From assembly GCA_037445735.1 (NCBI GenBank), contig JBBIJY010000010.1:34600-98599 (forward strand): a DNA stretch of 64,000 bases. The letters are read 5' to 3'. Every line of letters begins with the position of its first letter. Position 1 is the first letter of the stretch. Source of the DNA: Armatimonadota bacterium. GTDB lineage: Bacteria; Armatimonadota; Fimbriimonadia; Fimbriimonadales; GBS-DC. The notes beneath the pieces are model-generated. The model ran no database searches and was not told the DNA's origin. It saw nothing but the letters and a program-made list of their open reading frames with translations. Shown here piece after piece: positions 63,033 through 64,000 of this stretch. The translations under genes and the position numbers were made by a program.

Positions 63033-63845
63033 GTGGATGCTGTGCTGATTGCAGGCGGCCTGGCTCCTGCGGAGCTGGCGCAGGTGGCAGGGCACTCGCG
63101 CAAGGGGCTTTTCGATTTCAACGGTCAGCCCCTTGTTCAGCATGTGGTGCAGGTGCTTCAGGCGAGCGGAGTGGGGCGCATCGCAGTCGTGGGGTCGGAG
63201 CTGCTGATGGCGCATCTGAGCGCCGACCCCGACCGTTTGCTGTTCGTCTCGGAGGGCAGGGAGCCGATTGAGAACCTGCTGCGCGGGGTGGAGCGGCTCG
63301 GTCTGCACGAGAGCGACCGCTTCCTGCACTGCGCGGTCGATCTGCCGATGTTGAACGCGCACGCCGTTTGCGACTGGCTGCAGGCGATACCGTTAGAGAG
63401 CGATCTGGCGGTCGCGTTCGTTTCCGATAGTGTGTTTGCGCGTGCCTTTCCGGGCGCGCCCTATCAGGTAGTGCGCTTTCGCGAAGGCGCGTTCCTCACG
63501 GCGAGCATGAGCGTGATGCGCGTGGGCTTTCTGGAGGCGTATCAGCCTCGCCTGCAGGCGCTGGCGCGCGCCCGCAAGAACCTGCCGCGCTTCGCCTTCC
63601 AGCTGGGCGCGTGGCTCGGCATTCGCCTGCTGACGGCAGGAGTACCTGCCCTGCTCAAATTCGTGCGTGGTCGGCTCGCCCTGCAGGAGCTGCCTGTGCT
63701 GGCGCAGCGCCACTTCAACCTCCGCCTGCACATCTATCCGCACGCCATGCCCGAGCTGGCGTTCGACATCGACACAGTGGACGACTACCGCTACGCGCAG
63801 GCATGGCTCCGCCGCCACCAGCCCCACGACTGGGAAGGTGGCTGA
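63033..63845 (+). CDS. MobA-like nucleotidyltransferase family protein
   Basis: DAVLIAGG, KGL..NGQP, DLPM, AFDIDT..D. Confidence 0.75.
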   Translation: MDAVLIAGGLAPAELAQVAGHSRKGLFDFNGQPLVQHVVQVLQASGVGRIAVVGSELLMAHLSADPDRLLFVSEGREPIENLLRGVERLGLHESDRFLHCAVDLPMLNAHAVCDWLQAIPLESDLAVAFVSDSVFARAFPGAPYQVVRFREGAFLTASMSVMRVGFLEAYQPRLQALARARKNLPRFAFQLGAWLGIRLLTAGVPALLKFVRGRLALQELPVLAQRHFNLRLHIYPHAMPELAFDIDTVDDYRYAQAWLRRHQPHDWEGG

Positions 63846-64000
63846 AAGAACAATATTCCGACTATCGCCCCCGCAACCTGCACACCCACGTGCTCGCTAC
63901 TTCAAGTAAAAACAAACCGAACATCCAGGAAAGTCAGCAATGCTTTACCTCAAAATGGAACCAATCCCGAAATGTAAAGGCACATAGTATCCAATCTGCT

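Noticed and set aside
63846-64000. AT-richer tail of the window
   Set aside because: Too short to assign; possibly the end of a gene outside the window.

Overview
GC-rich bacterial chromosome segment. PEP-CTERM proteins, 'DDADLL' dockerin-like tails and a prepilin-type protein suggest Armatimonadota/Fimbriimonadia (inference). Most of the window is housekeeping genes: sthA, rplU, mnmG, mtnA, mutY, pilC, rsmE, prmA, uvrA (partial), pfkA, gpsA, queA, dprA, feo, rluB, folC, rtcB, pgl. Notable items: (1) a tRNA-Asn(GUU) gene interrupted inside the anticodon (35/36) by a 361-nt group I intron with a 112-nt structured L1 insert; (2) an rtcB carrying a 506-aa endonuclease intein about 4 kb away; (3) a candidate peptide-signalling cassette (conserved protein, 45-aa secreted peptide, membrane HD-GYP, degenerate HD-GYP) behind tandem 16-bp upstream repeats; (4) a uvrA lacking its N-terminal ~235 aa but with its own start and -10 box; (5) a palindromic repeat family inserted in frame into three genes and carried once in a MITE-like unit; (6) a decayed restriction-modification locus and several frameshifted genes; (7) many leaderless-type promoters. 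No CRISPR array or rRNA was seen. All calls come from motif recognition by eye; no database searches were run.
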